The notes under the pieces are model-generated. The model searched no databases and was not told the DNA's origin. It saw nothing but the letters and a program-made list of their open reading frames with translations. Shown in pieces: positions 62,710 through 64,000 of a DNA stretch of 64,000 bases. The translations under genes and the position numbers were made by a program. Origin of the DNA: Gammaproteobacteria bacterium (GTDB lineage: Bacteria > Pseudomonadota > Gammaproteobacteria > SZUA-152); the NCBI GenBank assembly GCA_050116575.1, contig JASFOJ010000001.1, positions 43,811 to 107,810 of the forward strand, in the 5' to 3' direction. Each line of letters opens with the position of its first letter. The first letter of the stretch is position 1.

Positions 62710-63993
62710 CTACTCGCCGGCTTTGATCAGCTTCTTTACGAAATTGGTGTCATCGCTGTCGCTGCAGGTCTTCAGTTTATGGTGGTGGTGTTTATGATGG
62801 CCGTCATCCTTCACGCAGGGAGGCGCAACCACATCCTTAACATCGATCAACCAGGTTGCATCACCTTGTCCGTCAGTTTCACCGGTGCTTTCCGGATGCT
62901 GCACGTTGATAATGAACTGGGTGGGATGCCCTGGACGGAAGATCATACCGGTGTTTTCCGCGCCTTTCACCTGCAGGCTCATGAAATGATCCAGGGACTC
63001 GGCAACACCATCGCCATTCGCGTCACGAAGGAACCAAATATCGCCGCCAATGTTGTCGCCATTAGGTTTGTCTTCCACCACGTAGATGTTACCTAACGCA
63101 TCCTGGGCCAGGTTATCCGGGGAAGAAAGATGGCCGGTTGTGCCAGCATAACCTAGGTTCTTCGGCGTAGCGGCTTCGCTGGCCGCCAAACGTACCATGG
63201 TCTCGCCATTACCCAATTCTTCAACGGAATAAACCGCATTTTCCGAGGTCGCATTAAAGTAAAGTACTTCATGACCATTGCGCAGGTAACCGACTTCCAC
63301 ATCTTCCGGTCGATCAAATGGTGTACTGCCGATTTCGTCAGCTGCAGCACGGCCACCTCGGCTTGCATTATCGAACGGATCAGCTGCTGTTAATGCAACA
63401 CCGTCTGCATCAGTCAAGGCAATCCATCTGGCCATGCCTGTACGATCTCCTGCTGCGTTACCATTGATGCTGGGATCACCCGTAAACGCGTCGGCGGCGA
63501 GAACAAATGTCTGTCCGTTACTATAGTCGCCTGCTACGCTTGGCACAAATTTGTAAATGGAACCGGAATGGTCCTCATCAACAAAATACAAAGCCGTGCC
63601 AGCATGATTAAAACGCAACCCTTCGTGAGATACATTGGGAATACTATTCAACTCATTGACGATCACGGCTTCACCAGCCGCCACATCGGCCATGGGATTG
63701 ACCACTTCGAATACACGCCCCTGGCCGGACCACTCTTCGGCCACTAACAGGGTGTCCACGGGAGTCCAGGTGGCCGGGTCCAGTGCACCATAGTCATTAC
63801 TCCAGTCGTTGTTCGGCGCTTGACCGGCTCCGTCACCATGGAACAAGTTAACCGCTTTGTCGGTTTCAGTGTCATAACGCGTAAGACCGGCGCCGTACTG
63901 AGTTTCGTGGGGCAGAAAGATATACCGGCCAGTGGGATCAAAGGCACTCATATCGGTCATAGAAGCATTGCTGCCAAGACCGGGCACACGCAC
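62710..63993 (-). CDS. PhoX/DUF839-like beta-propeller protein with His-rich C-terminal tail (5' end outside window)
   Basis: The C-terminal region ...SPDNLAQDALGNIYVVEDKPNGDN...FRPGHPTQFIINVQHP resembles the PhoX-family C-terminus. It ends with a HHKHHHHK tract. The N-terminus is truncated by the window edge. Confidence 0.45.
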   Translation of the reverse strand: MRVPGLGSNASMTDMSAFDPTGRYIFLPHETQYGAGLTRYDTETDKAVNLFHGDGAGQAPNNDWSNDYGALDPATWTPVDTLLVAEEWSGQGRVFEVVNPMADVAAGEAVIVNELNSIPNVSHEGLRFNHAGTALYFVDEDHSGSIYKFVPSVAGDYSNGQTFVLAADAFTGDPSINGNAAGDRTGMARWIALTDADGVALTAADPFDNASRGGRAAADEIGSTPFDRPEDVEVGYLRNGHEVLYFNATSENAVYSVEELGNGETMVRLAASEAATPKNLGYAGTTGHLSSPDNLAQDALGNIYVVEDKPNGDNIGGDIWFLRDANGDGVAESLDHFMSLQVKGAENTGMIFRPGHPTQFIINVQHPESTGETDGQGDATWLIDVKDVVAPPCVKDDGHHKHHHHKLKTCSDSDDTNFVKKLIKAGE

Positions 63994-64000
63994 AGTGGAT

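Overview
This 64-kb window looks like core chromosome of a gammaproteobacterium, about 50% GC, with Pseudomonas/Xanthomonas-type gene order. It is densely packed with recognisable housekeeping genes. On the minus strand the left half reads der-bamB-yfgM-hisS-ispG-rodZ-pilF-rlmN-ndk, an inserted 2OG-Fe(II) oxygenase, the complete isc cluster (iscX-fdx-hscA-hscB-iscA-iscU-iscS-iscR), cysE and trmJ. Then come suhB, an orphan pilU-like ATPase, a rhodanese/FNR-like pair, a large MltF-like transglycosylase, putA, a thioredoxin-TPR protein and a LysR regulator. A fimV-asd-leuB-leuD-leuC block follows, with a divergent LysR regulator. After it are a 1.7-kb ORF-poor stretch, an endonuclease-I gene, an MFS transporter, and aroC with an AurF-like diiron oxygenase upstream. 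The tRNA-Ser(GGA) locus sits in an array of degenerate tRNA-Ser-derived repeats. Downstream are the 4.5S SRP RNA (ffs), dnaX (with a putative -1 frameshift site), ybaB, recR and fliA. The right end holds poorly characterised envelope genes: a Sel1-repeat protein, membrane proteins, a C39-like peptidase-TPR lipoprotein with a small partner, a DUF11-repeat secreted protein and a PhoX-like protein. I found no CRISPR array, transposase, integrase or recognisable defence system. The most unusual structures are the mosaic tRNA-Ser pseudo-gene array and a duplicated 97-bp mini-ORF cassette in an 840-bp intergenic region. Family assignments rest on motif-level reading of the translations, not on database searches.
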